From positions 1 to 64,000 of the forward strand of contig JBHIBG010000003.1 of the NCBI GenBank assembly GCA_046758965.1: 64,000 nucleotides of DNA, read 5' to 3'. This DNA comes from Candidatus Methylomirabilia bacterium (lineage in GTDB: Bacteria; Methylomirabilota; Methylomirabilia; Rokubacteriales; CSP1-6). The number at the start of each line of letters is the position of its first letter. The first letter of the stretch is position 1. Both the position numbers and the translations under genes were made by a program. Under the pieces are notes generated by a model that was given only the letters and a program-made list of their open reading frames with translations, was not told the origin of the DNA and did no database searches. Shown piece after piece: positions 46,789-56,917 of this stretch.

Positions 46789-47868
46789 CTACCTGAGCTT
46801 CAGGGTGGCCAGGGCCAGGAGCGCCAGCGCAAAGGAGACGATCCAGAAGCGCACGATGATCTTCGGCTCTGACCAGCCGGCCAGTTCGTAGTGGTGATGG
46901 AGGGGTGCCATGCGCAGGAGGCGCTTGCCCGTCAGCTTGAAGCCAACCACCTGGACGATCACCGAGGCCGCCTCGACCACGTAGAGCCCGCCGATCAACG
47001 GCAGCAGGAGCTCCGACTTGGTGAGCACCGCCATCATCCCCATGGCGCCGCCGACGGCCAGTGACCCCACATCCCCCATGAAGACCTGGGCCGGATAGCT
47101 GTTGAACCAGAGGAACCCGAGCGAGGCGCCCACCAGGGCCCCGCAGAAAATCGTGAGCTCCCCGGCGCCCTTGACGTTGGGAATCAGGAGGTAGTCGGCG
47201 GCCTTGAAGTTCCCCGTGAGGTAGGCCAGGACGGTGAACGCCCCGGCGGCCATGATGACCGGGCCGATCGCCAGGCCGTCCAGCCCATCGGTCAGGTTCA
47301 CCGCATTCGAGGCGCCCACGATCACCAGGATCGCAACGGGAATCCAGAACCAGCCCAGCGTGATCAGCCACCCTTTGAGGAAAGGAACCACGAGCGTGGT
47401 GGAGAAGCCAGCAGGCGGGAAGAGGTAGAGAGCGGTGAGCAGGGCGCCGACAAGCACGATCTGGAAGCCGAACTTCCGAGCGGCCGAGATCCCCTTCCCG
47501 GTCCGGAGCTTCCGGTAGTCGTCCACAAACCCGATGCACCCCAAGCCGGCCGTGGAGAGGAGGATCATCCAGACATAGCGGTTCTGCAGATTGACCCAGA
47601 GGAGCGTGGAAACCATGAGGGCACAGAGGATCAGAATCCCGCCCATGGTAGGGGTCCCGGCCTTGGCACGGTGGCTGGGCGGCGTGTCCTCCCGGATCGT
47701 CTCCCCGTCCGACTGAAACTGCCGGAGCTTTTCGATCAACCACGGCCCCACGAGGAAGGAGAGAAGCAGGGCTGTCAGGGTCGCCAGGGCTGTCCGGAAC
47801 GTGATATAGCGGAAGACGTTGAAGACCACGTGTTCCGAGGCGAGCGGCACGAGGAGGTAGTAGAGCAT
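46789..47868 (-). CDS. mraY: Phospho-N-acetylmuramoyl-pentapeptide transferase
   Basis: 'GTPTMGG', 'DDY', 'NLTDGLDGL', 'FMGDVGS', 'MAPLHHH'. Confidence 0.97.
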   Translation of the reverse strand: MLYYLLVPLASEHVVFNVFRYITFRTALATLTALLLSFLVGPWLIEKLRQFQSDGETIREDTPPSHRAKAGTPTMGGILILCALMVSTLLWVNLQNRYVWMILLSTAGLGCIGFVDDYRKLRTGKGISAARKFGFQIVLVGALLTALYLFPPAGFSTTLVVPFLKGWLITLGWFWIPVAILVIVGASNAVNLTDGLDGLAIGPVIMAAGAFTVLAYLTGNFKAADYLLIPNVKGAGELTIFCGALVGASLGFLWFNSYPAQVFMGDVGSLAVGGAMGMMAVLTKSELLLPLIGGLYVVEAASVIVQVVGFKLTGKRLLRMAPLHHHYELAGWSEPKIIVRFWIVSFALALLALATLKLR

Positions 47869-47871
47869 CTC

Positions 47872-49263
47872 TCATTCGCCTCCTCCCAGCCTGGCTACCA
47901 ACGCATGCACCACGCGCTCCATCCGCATCGCCCGCGACCCCTTCACCAGCAACGTATCACCGGGGGCCAGCCGTTTCATGAGCCGCCCCACGAGAGCCTC
48001 GGCGTTCTCGCTCCGGTGACTCTCCCCAAGGCCGGCCTCCAGGGCCTCCTCCACAGCGAACCGCATGAGGGGCCCCATCCCGATGAACTCGGCAACCCCC
48101 AGGGTGGCCACCTGCCGGCCGACCTCGCGGTGGGCGGCCTCAGCAAGCGGCCCCAGTTCCAGCATATCCCCGAGAGCGACGAGAAGCCGCACGCTCCCTT
48201 CCTTCTGAGCGCCGAGGGTAGCCAGCGCTGCACGCACCGATGCGGGGTTGGCATTGTAGGTGTCGTCCAGGATCCGGATCTCGCCCGCCCTCCGCCAGAT
48301 CAGACGCCCCCGGGCGGGCCGGGCAGCCTCAAGCCCCCCGGCGATCTCCTCAAGGGAAAGTCCGACCGCGATCCCCGCTCCTGCGCTGGCCAGGGAGTTG
48401 ACCACATTGTGGCGCCCCGAGAAGGCGAGGCGCACGGGGAGCTGCTGGCCGCGGATCTCGAGGGTGAAGGCGAGCCCTTCATGATCCTCCCGGATCTCTC
48501 CCGCCGCTCGCACTTCCGCCTCGGGACCGGTCCCGACGGTGACGACCCTGCCCCGGGCCTCGCCAGCCATCGCCCGCACCCACGGGTCATCCCAGTTCAG
48601 GACCACGCTCCCTTCCGTCGGGATCGCCCGCACCAGCGAAGCCTTCTCGCGCTGAACGCCCTCCAGGTTCTGGAAGAACTCGGTGTGCGCCGCTGACACC
48701 GAAGTCACCACCCCGACGGTGGGACGCGCCAGCTCGGTGAGGGAGGCGATCTCCCCGACTCTGCTGGCCCCGAGCTCCACCACCAGCGCCTGGTGCCCTG
48801 CGGAAAGACCGAGGAGCGTGAGTGGGAGCCCCCACTGGTTGTTGAAGCTCCCCACCGGCTTAAGCACCGTCCATCGGCGCTCGAGAACCGCCGCGATCAT
48901 CTCCTTCACAGTGGTCTTCCCGTTCGAGCCGGTCACCGCCACCACCGGGATGCTGAACCGGCTTCGGTGATAGGCGGCCAGCCGGCCCAGCGCGTTCGTG
49001 GTCTCGTCCACCAGCACCACCGGCGCCCCGCCCGGGAGCGCGTCGGTCAGATGATGAACGATCAAGCAGGAGGCTCCGCGCGCCGCCGCTTCCACGACGT
49101 AGTCGTGACCGTCCAGGCGATGGCCCCGGACCGCAAAGAAGGCCTCACCCACACGCAGGGTCCGGCTGTCGATTGACACCCCCCTCACGGGCACGGCCAG
49201 GTCTCCCTGAATCAGGGCACCCTGGGTGGTGCGAACAATGTCCAGCACCGTGAACGGCGGCAT
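47872..49263 (-). CDS. murF: UDP-MurNAc-tripeptide--D-Ala-D-Ala ligase
   Basis: 'DSR', 'GSNGKTT', 'FNNQWG', 'DDTYNANP', 'GDMLELG', 'KGSR'. Confidence 0.96.
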   Translation of the reverse strand: MPPFTVLDIVRTTQGALIQGDLAVPVRGVSIDSRTLRVGEAFFAVRGHRLDGHDYVVEAAARGASCLIVHHLTDALPGGAPVVLVDETTNALGRLAAYHRSRFSIPVVAVTGSNGKTTVKEMIAAVLERRWTVLKPVGSFNNQWGLPLTLLGLSAGHQALVVELGASRVGEIASLTELARPTVGVVTSVSAAHTEFFQNLEGVQREKASLVRAIPTEGSVVLNWDDPWVRAMAGEARGRVVTVGTGPEAEVRAAGEIREDHEGLAFTLEIRGQQLPVRLAFSGRHNVVNSLASAGAGIAVGLSLEEIAGGLEAARPARGRLIWRRAGEIRILDDTYNANPASVRAALATLGAQKEGSVRLLVALGDMLELGPLAEAAHREVGRQVATLGVAEFIGMGPLMRFAVEEALEAGLGESHRSENAEALVGRLMKRLAPGDTLLVKGSRAMRMERVVHALVARLGGGE

Positions 49264-49271
49264 AGACCTCC

Positions 49272-50771
49272 CTATGGCAAACGCTCCGCCAGGATCTGCC
49301 GGGCCACAGCCCGGTCGTCAAAGGGGAACAGTTCGGAGTCGACGATCTGGTAGGTTTCGTGGCCCTTCCCGGCGATCAGGACTGTGTCGCCAGGCCGGGC
49401 CCACGCGAGGGCTTCTCGGATCGCGGCACCCCTGTCCGCGATCATAGCATACCGGGTGGAGTCGGGCCAGGCGCGGCTCACCCCTACGGCGATCTCCTTG
49501 ATGATGGCGTCAGGATCCTCGCTCCTCGGGTTGTCAGAGGTGATCCATGCCCGGTCCGAGCCCCTCGCGGCAATCTCCCCCATGATCGGGCGCTTCCCCC
49601 GGTCCCGGTCGCCTCCACACCCGAACACGACGGCGAGCCGTCCCCTGGTGAGTTTCCGCGCAGAGGCCAGCACGCGCTCCAGGGCATCGGGGGTGTGGGC
49701 GTAGTCCACCACGACCAAGAAGGGCTGGCCGGCCTCCACGCGCTCGAACCGGCCGGGGACCGACGCCACGCTTCCCAGCGCCTTCGCGACGGCCCGAGGC
49801 TCAAGCCTGAGCGCCACGCCGACGCCCATGGCCGCCAGCAGGTTCATGACGTTATGCTCCGCGACCAGGCTCGAGCGGATCGTGGCGCCCCCCTGCGGCG
49901 TTTCGATCTCCATCCTGATCCCGTCCAGCCCCGCGCTGAAGGCGCCGGGCTTGACCTGGGCGGAGGGGCCGAGACCGACGGTGACCGTAGGGAGTGAGAG
50001 GCCCGCCACCATGGGGGGGCCGGCGGGATCGTCCACGTTGATGACCGCGCACCGCGTCGTCTTCTTCGAGGCCGCCAGCAGGGTGAAGAAGCGCGCCTTA
50101 GCCTGACGGTAGGCCTCCAAGGTCTTGTGGAAGTCCAGATGGTCTTGCGTCAGGTTGGTGAAGACCGCCACGTCGAAATCAACCCCATCCACCCGGCGGA
50201 GCGCGAGCGCGTGGGAGGAGACCTCCATGGCCACGCCCTGGACCCTCTCCTGCACCATCCGCGCCAGGAGGGCCTGCAGGTCGAGGGCCTCGGGGGTGGT
50301 CTGGTTTGCGTGGAGCGCTTGGTTCCCCACCCGGTGCTGGATCGTTCCCACCACGCCGGTCTTCAACCCCGCCGCCCTGAGCAGTGCCTCCACCAGATAC
50401 GCGGTGGTGGTCTTCCCGTTGGTGCCGGTGATCCCCACGAGCAGGAGCGCTCCAGACGGATGACCGAAATAGGCATCAGCCAGCTGGGCGAGGGCCTCGC
50501 GAGCAGAAGGGACGAGGACGCGGGCTGTTTTGCTCCCGGGCAGCGGATCGTCCCCCTCCGTCAGCACAACGGCCGCCCCTCTGGAGACGGCCTCGGCGAT
50601 GAACCGCCTGCCATCTTCACGGAACCCTGGCACGGCGACGAACATCTCCCCCGCCTTCACCTGGCGCGAGTCCGAGGTGAGACCGCTCAAGCTGGCCGGC
50701 AGCCGCCCCAACACCGTCTTTGCCTCGAGGCTGTCGAGCAGCCTTCGCGCGGGGACAACCCGGTCTCTCAT
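49272..50771 (-). CDS. murE: UDP-MurNAc-dipeptide--diaminopimelate ligase
   Basis: 'GTNGKTT', 'EVSSH', 'DHLDFH', 'DYAHTPD', meso-DAP-type 'DNPR'. Confidence 0.96.
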   Translation of the reverse strand: MRDRVVPARRLLDSLEAKTVLGRLPASLSGLTSDSRQVKAGEMFVAVPGFREDGRRFIAEAVSRGAAVVLTEGDDPLPGSKTARVLVPSAREALAQLADAYFGHPSGALLLVGITGTNGKTTTAYLVEALLRAAGLKTGVVGTIQHRVGNQALHANQTTPEALDLQALLARMVQERVQGVAMEVSSHALALRRVDGVDFDVAVFTNLTQDHLDFHKTLEAYRQAKARFFTLLAASKKTTRCAVINVDDPAGPPMVAGLSLPTVTVGLGPSAQVKPGAFSAGLDGIRMEIETPQGGATIRSSLVAEHNVMNLLAAMGVGVALRLEPRAVAKALGSVASVPGRFERVEAGQPFLVVVDYAHTPDALERVLASARKLTRGRLAVVFGCGGDRDRGKRPIMGEIAARGSDRAWITSDNPRSEDPDAIIKEIAVGVSRAWPDSTRYAMIADRGAAIREALAWARPGDTVLIAGKGHETYQIVDSELFPFDDRAVARQILAERLP

Positions 50772-52738
50772 TACTGACGTCCCGTCGGCGGGGCGAGATC
50801 AAGCCGGCAGCGCATTCCCCGCTCGATCCGGACTCCTGCGGCAGGCTTCTGGGCCACGACCACTCCCCCTCCATGGATCTCCACCTGCATCTCGTACGCC
50901 GCCAGCGCTGCGAGGGCCAGACGGAGCGGCTTCCCGACGAGGGAAGGCATCCGCGGCCACTCCGCGTTCCAGGTGCCCGACTCGGCGCGCGAAACAGGAA
51001 TCACCAACCCGGCCGGAAGGCTGCGCACGATCTGGACCGGCGCCGTGTCACGGGGCGGCACATTGAGGTATTCGAGCGTCGCACGCCCGATGGCCGAGAA
51101 GATCGGGGCCGCCACCTCGCTCCCCCAGCGGGCGTTGGCAGGTTCGTCCACGAGAACCAACATCGCCACTCGCGGCTCCTCGGCCGGAGCAAATCCCACG
51201 AAGGAGAGGACTCCCGGTTTTCGGGAGTAGCGCCTCGTGACGGGGTCCAGCTTCTGGGCCGTGCCGGTCTTCCCCGCCACATCGTACCCCCGGATAGCAG
51301 CGTTCTGGCCCGTGCCCTCCCTCACCACCCGGGTCAGGATCCGGGTGAGCGCCCGACTCGTGGCCGGAGAGACGACCCGCCGGATCACGCGGGGTTCGAA
51401 GACCCCGAGAGGTAACCCGTCAGCATCCAGGAGGGTGCGTACCACCTGAGGCTGGAGCAGCTCGCCCCCGTTGGCCACAGCGGCGAACGCCATGACCATC
51501 TGGAGCGGGGTCACCGAGATTTCATGGCCGATCGACAGCGCCGCCAGCGAGAGCTTGGACCATCGCGAGAGGCTCCAGACTCTGCCCCGGCTCTCCCCGG
51601 GCAGCCCGAGGCCGGAGAGGCTCCCGAAGCCGAACTTGCCGATGTACCGGGAGAACCGTTCCCCCCCGAGCGCCACGCCCACCTTGACTGCGCCGACGTT
51701 GGAGGAGCGCTGGAGAACCTCGGAGAAGGTGAGCCAGCCATACCGTTTCCAGTCGTGGATCACGGTGTTGGCCACGGTGATGGCCCCTTGCTCCGCGTAG
51801 ACCAGGTCACCGGGCCTCACCACACCTTCCTCGAGGGCGGCGGCAGCCAGCACCACCTTGAAGATAGAGCCCGGTTCGAAGGGATCGGTAATGGCGCGGT
51901 TTCGCCACTCGGCCGGTCTGGCCTTCACGAAGCTGTTCGGGTTGAAGGTGGGACGAATCGCCACGGCGAGCAGCTCGCCGGTCCGAGGTTCCACCATCAC
52001 CGCCATGGCGACCTTCGCCTTGGTCCTGCGCCAGACCAGGTCGATTTCTCTCTCCGCCAGGTACTGGATGGTCGAGTCCAAGGTGAGCTGGACGCCCCGG
52101 CCGCGGACAGAAGGCTTCAGCACCGAGAGCCTCCCGCTCACCTCGCGCCCCCGCGCGTCGCGCTCCACGAGCGCGAGGCCCGGCCGACCAGCGAGGTGAT
52201 GGTCCCACGCCAGCTCGACCCCCTCGAGCCCGTGGTCGTCCACTCCCACGAAGCCAAGCACATGCGCGGCCAATCCCCGGTTCGGGTAGAGCCTGAGGGA
52301 GTCTTGAACCAGGCCGAGCCCGGGCTCCACCAGGCCGCGCAGCGACCGCGCAACCGAGGGCGGGAGCTTCCGCTTCACCCAGATAAAAGGCCGGTCGGTC
52401 GCGAGGCGTTTGGCAATCGCCCGCGCGGACTCCCCGAGCAGGGGTGCCAACAGCTGCGCCAGCCGGGCGGGATCCTCGATCCTGGCGGGGTGCGCGTAGA
52501 GGGACTCGGTAGTGACTGACACCCCCAGCGGGCGGCCGTTCCGATCCACGATGGGGCCGCGCTTGGGCCTGAGCGCAATGGTCTTCGAGCGCTGCGCCTC
52601 CGCCAGGCGGGAGAGCTCATCGTGCTGGAAAATCTGGAGCGCGACGAGTCGGATGAGCAGGCCGAGGAAGGCGCAAGCCAGAACGGTCGCGAGGACGAGC
52701 ACCCGAGAGCGGGAGGGACCGATCGAGCTCTCAGTCAT
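50771..52738 (-). CDS. ftsI: Class B penicillin-binding protein with PASTA domain
   Basis: 'RGPIVDRNG', SxxK 'SIFK', SxN 'SSN', 'KTGTAQK'; PASTA 'MPSLVG'. Confidence 0.93.
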   Translation of the reverse strand: MTESSIGPSRSRVLVLATVLACAFLGLLIRLVALQIFQHDELSRLAEAQRSKTIALRPKRGPIVDRNGRPLGVSVTTESLYAHPARIEDPARLAQLLAPLLGESARAIAKRLATDRPFIWVKRKLPPSVARSLRGLVEPGLGLVQDSLRLYPNRGLAAHVLGFVGVDDHGLEGVELAWDHHLAGRPGLALVERDARGREVSGRLSVLKPSVRGRGVQLTLDSTIQYLAEREIDLVWRRTKAKVAMAVMVEPRTGELLAVAIRPTFNPNSFVKARPAEWRNRAITDPFEPGSIFKVVLAAAALEEGVVRPGDLVYAEQGAITVANTVIHDWKRYGWLTFSEVLQRSSNVGAVKVGVALGGERFSRYIGKFGFGSLSGLGLPGESRGRVWSLSRWSKLSLAALSIGHEISVTPLQMVMAFAAVANGGELLQPQVVRTLLDADGLPLGVFEPRVIRRVVSPATSRALTRILTRVVREGTGQNAAIRGYDVAGKTGTAQKLDPVTRRYSRKPGVLSFVGFAPAEEPRVAMLVLVDEPANARWGSEVAAPIFSAIGRATLEYLNVPPRDTAPVQIVRSLPAGLVIPVSRAESGTWNAEWPRMPSLVGKPLRLALAALAAYEMQVEIHGGGVVVAQKPAAGVRIERGMRCRLDLAPPTGRQ

Positions 52739-52765
52739 ACTCGGTCGGGCGCTCCACCCTCAATG

Positions 52766-53155
52766 TCACGGAACTCGTGGGACGCCAAGCGCGGAGACCT
52801 CCCAGGCCGTCTGGGGCGCACTGCCAGGAACGACAAACTCCCGCGCCAGCCTCAGCTGATCGGGGGCCGGCGGGCCCATCCCCAGCTCTGCGCGCGCCTT
52901 CAGCTCGATCCGCCGCAACGAGCCGAGCGTGGCGAGTTCCACCCGGAGCTGGCGATTCAGCTCCTCCAGCTCACCTCTGGCCGCCCGCAACTCCTCGAGG
53001 CGGTACGAGAGCTGGACAGAGTGAATCTCCAGCGCCACCACTCCAAGGACTCCGACCACCACGCATGCCGACAGCCCCATCGCCAGCCCCATGGTCCTCA
53101 GCCGGCGCCGGTCGCGCTCACGCACGGGGGAGCCGGAGCGGCTACGCGGCGACAC
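52766..53155 (-). CDS. ftsL: Cell division protein FtsL-like
   Basis: One TM plus leucine zipper '...LRRIELKARAELGM'; between rsmH and ftsI; start uncertain. Confidence 0.75.
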   Translation of the reverse strand: MSPRSRSGSPVRERDRRRLRTMGLAMGLSACVVVGVLGVVALEIHSVQLSYRLEELRAARGELEELNRQLRVELATLGSLRRIELKARAELGMGPPAPDQLRLAREFVVPGSAPQTAWEVSALGVPRVP

Positions 53156-54065
53156 GACTGCTCTCCATGCGCTCCAGAACACGGAGCTTGGCGCTTCGGG
53201 AGCGGCGATTGGCCCGCACCTCGTCTCGGCACGGAGTAACGGGGGCCGGCGTGAGCTCGGCAAACGGGCCCGCCGCGAGGCTCTTGAAGATCCGCCGCAC
53301 CACCCGGTCTTCCCCGGAATGGAAGCTGATGACCCCCAGGCGACCGCCCGGCGCCAGCAGTGTCGCAGCCTGAGGAAGCCCCTCAGCCAGCGCCGCAAGC
53401 TCGTCGTTCACCGCCATCCTGAGTGCCTGGAAGGTCCGCGTCGCCACGTGGCTCCGCCGGGGCCACGCGCGTCGCGGCACTGAGGCCTTGACCACCTCAA
53501 CCAGGTCAGCGGTGGTCCTGATCGGCGCCGACCCCCGGCGGGCGATAATCCCCCGGGCGATGCGCTGGGCGTGAGGCTCCCCGCCGTACTCCGAGAGGAT
53601 CCGGACCAGCTCGGCCTGGGAGAGGGTCCGGAGCAACCGGGCCGCGGTGCGCCCTCCCGACGGATCAACGGACATCTCCAGTGGCTCAACCCGGAGGAAC
53701 GAGAAGCCTCTCCCGGAGGATTCGATCTGAGCGGATGAGAGGCCCAGGTCCAGCAGCACGCTCTCGGCTACATCCACCCCCGCCTCCCGCGCGAGGCGAC
53801 CGAGCTGCCTGAAGTTCCCCTTTCTCAACACCACGCGGGCCCCGAACCGGGCGAGGCGAACCTCAGCACGTGCCAGCGCTTCGGCATCCGCATCGATCCC
53901 CAAGAGCCTGGTCATTGCCGGGCCGGCCTCCAGGAGCAGTTCCGCATGTCCACCCTCTCCCACCGTGCCATCCACCACCCATCCTCCGCGCCTGGGTCGC
54001 AGGAGAAACAAGACCTCGTCCACGAGCACCGGGAGGTGCGCGACCGCCCCCCGGACTTCACCCAT
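53142..54065 (-). CDS. rsmH: 16S rRNA m4C1402 methyltransferase
   Basis: 'HLPVL', 'DGTVGEGGH', 'DLGLSS', 'FQALRMAVN', 'ISFHSGED', 'RSAKLR'. Confidence 0.95.
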   Translation of the reverse strand: MGEVRGAVAHLPVLVDEVLFLLRPRRGGWVVDGTVGEGGHAELLLEAGPAMTRLLGIDADAEALARAEVRLARFGARVVLRKGNFRQLGRLAREAGVDVAESVLLDLGLSSAQIESSGRGFSFLRVEPLEMSVDPSGGRTAARLLRTLSQAELVRILSEYGGEPHAQRIARGIIARRGSAPIRTTADLVEVVKASVPRRAWPRRSHVATRTFQALRMAVNDELAALAEGLPQAATLLAPGGRLGVISFHSGEDRVVRRIFKSLAAGPFAELTPAPVTPCRDEVRANRRSRSAKLRVLERMESSRVAA

Positions 54066-54508
54066 TAGATCCCCATGCCCCCGAGCCTCTCGAGCACCGT
54101 CGGGATCTGATCTTGATGCGTCCGGTCAAACTCCTCGAAGCGGCGCCGGTCCCAGACCTCGAAGTGCAGGAGCCCGCCGCCGACGATGGTCACGTCTTTG
54201 ACCAGTCCCACCTCGGCGCGACACTCCGGCGGAAGCTGGATCCGGCCCTGGCGATCCAGGCTCGCATCACGCGCTTTGGAGGTGAAGAGGCGGGCAATAG
54301 CCTTGCGCTCGGGACTGAAGGTTGGAAGCTGGCGCACCTTCTCCTCGACGCGCTGCCATTCTTCCAGCGGATAGACCTCGAGGCAGTGCTCGTTGGGCAC
54401 CACGATCAGGTTCTCGCCGAAGTGCTCCAACTGAGCCTCGCGGAATTTGGCGGGAATACTGAGCCGCCCTTTCGGGTCGATCGTGTGATGGAAACGGCCC
54501 CGAAACAT
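54065..54508 (-). CDS. mraZ: Division/cell wall cluster repressor MraZ
   Basis: 'MFRG...DPKGRLSIP', 'DRQGRI'. Confidence 0.95.
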   Translation of the reverse strand: MFRGRFHHTIDPKGRLSIPAKFREAQLEHFGENLIVVPNEHCLEVYPLEEWQRVEEKVRQLPTFSPERKAIARLFTSKARDASLDRQGRIQLPPECRAEVGLVKDVTIVGGGLLHFEVWDRRRFEEFDRTHQDQIPTVLERLGGMGI

Positions 54509-54540
54509 GTTCTCCGCTTTATGCCAACGATGTCCTGTTC

Positions 54541-54618
54541 GTGGGGTGTTGATACCACTTCATGGGATTTCATCCCACTTTAAGGGGCCATCCTACACAG
54601 GCCCGAAAATCGTGTCAA
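54541..54618 (-). promoter_or_regulatory. dcw promoter and GTGG/TGGG boxes (probable MraZ operator)
   Basis: Minus strand TTGACA(54618-54613)-17 nt-TAGGAT with TG extension; downstream AAGTGG repeats 20 bp apart and palindrome TGGGAT-TTC-ATCCCA. Confidence 0.7.
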
Positions 54619-54759
54619 GCGGAAAATGTTGATTTTTCCACGAAATGCACGACGATCGAGCAGGGGCGATCTCTGGGGGAAGGAGAGCAGGACACCTACA
54701 GCGGGTTGAGGAGATGGCGGGAGGAGAGCCCGGGAGCGAGGGATCTCAGGTGAGGAGGC

Positions 54760-55569
54760 TCACCCCCACTGAGCCCTGCCTCGGGCACTCGAGGCCCGGT
54801 AGTACCGCAGGGCCTCGGGAATCCACCGCTGGATCTGCCTGATTCGAGCGCCGTGGGAGGGATGCGTGGAGAGGAACTCGGGGGGCCTGCCCCGCCCTCT
54901 GGTCGCCGCCTCCATGCGCTGCCAAAACGAGATGGCCGCGCGCGGGTCATAGCCGGCCCTGGCCATGTAGATCAGCCCGAGGCGGTCGGCCTCGGACTCC
55001 TGGGCCCGGCTGAACGGCAGGATAACGCCCACGGAAGCGCCGGCGCCGAGAAGAGTGGCCACGCGCCGAACTGTGCGGGGGTCCCGATTGGCCATGCCCA
55101 CCTGAACGGCGGTGAGCCCGACCTGCACCAGGAGCCCCTGGCTCACCCGCTCCGCGCCGTGGCGGGCGATGGCGTGGGCCACCTCGTGCCCGATGACCGT
55201 GGCCAGCCCGGCATCGTCCTTGGTGACCCGCAGCATCCCCGTGTACACCGCCACCTTCCCGCCGGGCAAGGCGAAGGCGTTGATCCGCTTGTCGCCTTCA
55301 ATCACGGTGAACTCCCACCGGTAGTCCGTGCGCCCGGTGGCCGAGGCAATACGGCTGCCGACCCGCCTCACCATTGCATTGAGCTCCGGGTCTCGGGAGA
55401 CTTTGGATTTCCCCAGGATTTGCCGGTACGCCTGCAGCCCCATCCGCACTTCCTGAGCCTCGGAAAGGAGTATCAGCTGCGAGCGACCCGTAATGGGGAC
55501 GGTCTCGCAGGCCACCCAGAGGCCCAAGAGGAGCAGAAGGCCGGTCGCTAGCCCCAAACGCGTCCGCAT
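54760..55569 (-). CDS. M48 family metalloprotease lipoprotein
   Basis: Lipobox-like WVAC; 'NAFALPGG', HExxH 'HEVAH', 'ESEAD', 'LSTHP'. Confidence 0.92.
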   Translation of the reverse strand: MRTRLGLATGLLLLLGLWVACETVPITGRSQLILLSEAQEVRMGLQAYRQILGKSKVSRDPELNAMVRRVGSRIASATGRTDYRWEFTVIEGDKRINAFALPGGKVAVYTGMLRVTKDDAGLATVIGHEVAHAIARHGAERVSQGLLVQVGLTAVQVGMANRDPRTVRRVATLLGAGASVGVILPFSRAQESEADRLGLIYMARAGYDPRAAISFWQRMEAATRGRGRPPEFLSTHPSHGARIRQIQRWIPEALRYYRASSARGRAQWG

Positions 55570-55680
55570 AACAACCCCTACTGTACAACCGGATCGGTCA
55601 CGAGGGAATCTCGATCGCCGAGTCGAGGATGGCACGGGGCCCAGCGGCCGGCGCCGGAGACAGGACCGGTCAGAGGCTGC

Positions 55681-56574
55681 TCAATCGGGCGTAGGAGCGG
55701 GAGGTTGCTTGCTCCAGTCGTAGAAGCCCTTGCCGCTCTTCCGGCCGAGGTCACCACGCTTGACGCGCGCCTCGAGCGCTTTCGGGGGGAGGTCCTTGGC
55801 TTCCTTGGTGATCTCGTAGGTCTCGAGCCGCGCGTTGTACCCGATATCGAGGCCGGAGAAGTCGGCGAGCTTGAACGGCCCCATCGGGTGGTTCAGGCCC
55901 AGCTCAACGGCCTTGTCGATGTCAGCGAAGGAGGCGACGCCCTCTTCGAGGAGGTAATACGCCTCCCGGGCGAGCGCGCGGAGGATGCGGTTGACGAGGA
56001 ACCCCGGGAGCTCCTTGCGGAGGATGACCGGCTCACGGCCGATCTTCCTGGTCAGGGCGGCCACGAGGTCCACCGTCTCTTCACTCGTCTCCCTCCCCTT
56101 CACCACTTCGACCAGCCGCATCACCAGCGGGGGGTAGAACCAGTGCATGTTGGCGCACTGCGCGGGCCGCTTGGTGGCCGTCGCGATCTGCGAGATCATC
56201 AGCGTGGAGCTGTTGCTGGTGACAATCGCGTGGGGTGGGCAGCTCAGGTCCAGCGTGGCGAAGCATTCCTTCTTCGGCTCCAGGCGCTCGATGATCGCCT
56301 CGATCACGAAATCGGCGGCGGAAGCGGCCTGCTCCAGATCGGGGTCGAGCTCCACCCGAGCGATGGCCGCCTCCATTTCATCTTTCGTCATCTGGCCTTT
56401 GGCCACCCGCCGCTCCAGGTGCCCGCGGTTGGTCTTCATGGCGCGATCGAGGATCTCCTCGGAGAGGTCGTTCAGCGTGACCTGAAAGCCGTGCAGAGCC
56501 GCCTGCATCGCGATCTGGGAGCCCATCTGGCCTGCTCCCACTACCAGAATGCGTTTGATGTCATCGACCGTCAT
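55681..56574 (-). CDS. 3-hydroxyacyl-CoA dehydrogenase
   Basis: 'GAGQMG', 'IEAIIE', 'SNSS', 'PGFLVNR', 'HPMGP', 'LGRKSGKGFY'. Confidence 0.92.
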   Translation of the reverse strand: MTVDDIKRILVVGAGQMGSQIAMQAALHGFQVTLNDLSEEILDRAMKTNRGHLERRVAKGQMTKDEMEAAIARVELDPDLEQAASAADFVIEAIIERLEPKKECFATLDLSCPPHAIVTSNSSTLMISQIATATKRPAQCANMHWFYPPLVMRLVEVVKGRETSEETVDLVAALTRKIGREPVILRKELPGFLVNRILRALAREAYYLLEEGVASFADIDKAVELGLNHPMGPFKLADFSGLDIGYNARLETYEITKEAKDLPPKALEARVKRGDLGRKSGKGFYDWSKQPPAPTPD

Positions 56575-56656
56575 CGGAATCTCCTCCGCGCCCTTGCCCG
56601 CGGTCAGGCACGCACCGGGGTGCCCTCCCTCGGTCAGGACCCTGTCGCCTGCTCAC

Positions 56657-56730
56657 TCGGACGGGGGCCTCGGCGGCCCCCTCCGAAACCTCCCCCTTCA
56701 GCTTGCGCGGGCAAAGCCCGCGCTCGAACA
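56657..56730 (+). repeat. Two-hairpin REP-like repeat, copy B
   Basis: TCGGACGGGGGCC-TCGGC-GGCCCCCTCCGA...GCGCGGGC-AAA-GCCCGCGC; matches copy A. Confidence 0.8.
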
Positions 56731-56917
56731 GCCCCGCCTTGGTGCGCGCCTCGTGCCCGGGGCTGCGTTGGGCGGCTCGGAGCGCTCCGGCGTCCTGCGC
56801 TTCACCGCGCGCTACGGCTTGTCGGATTCGGTCGCGGAGGGCACCCCGACGCATGCACCCTAGGTCGCCTGTTCGCCCAACATCTGCACGTTTGTGCCCA
56901 CTTTTGGCAGGACGCCA

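Noticed and set aside
56740..56863. Possible thioesterase-like gene scrap ('VLRFTARYGLSDSVAEGTPTHA')
   Set aside because: Too short and divergent to support without a search.
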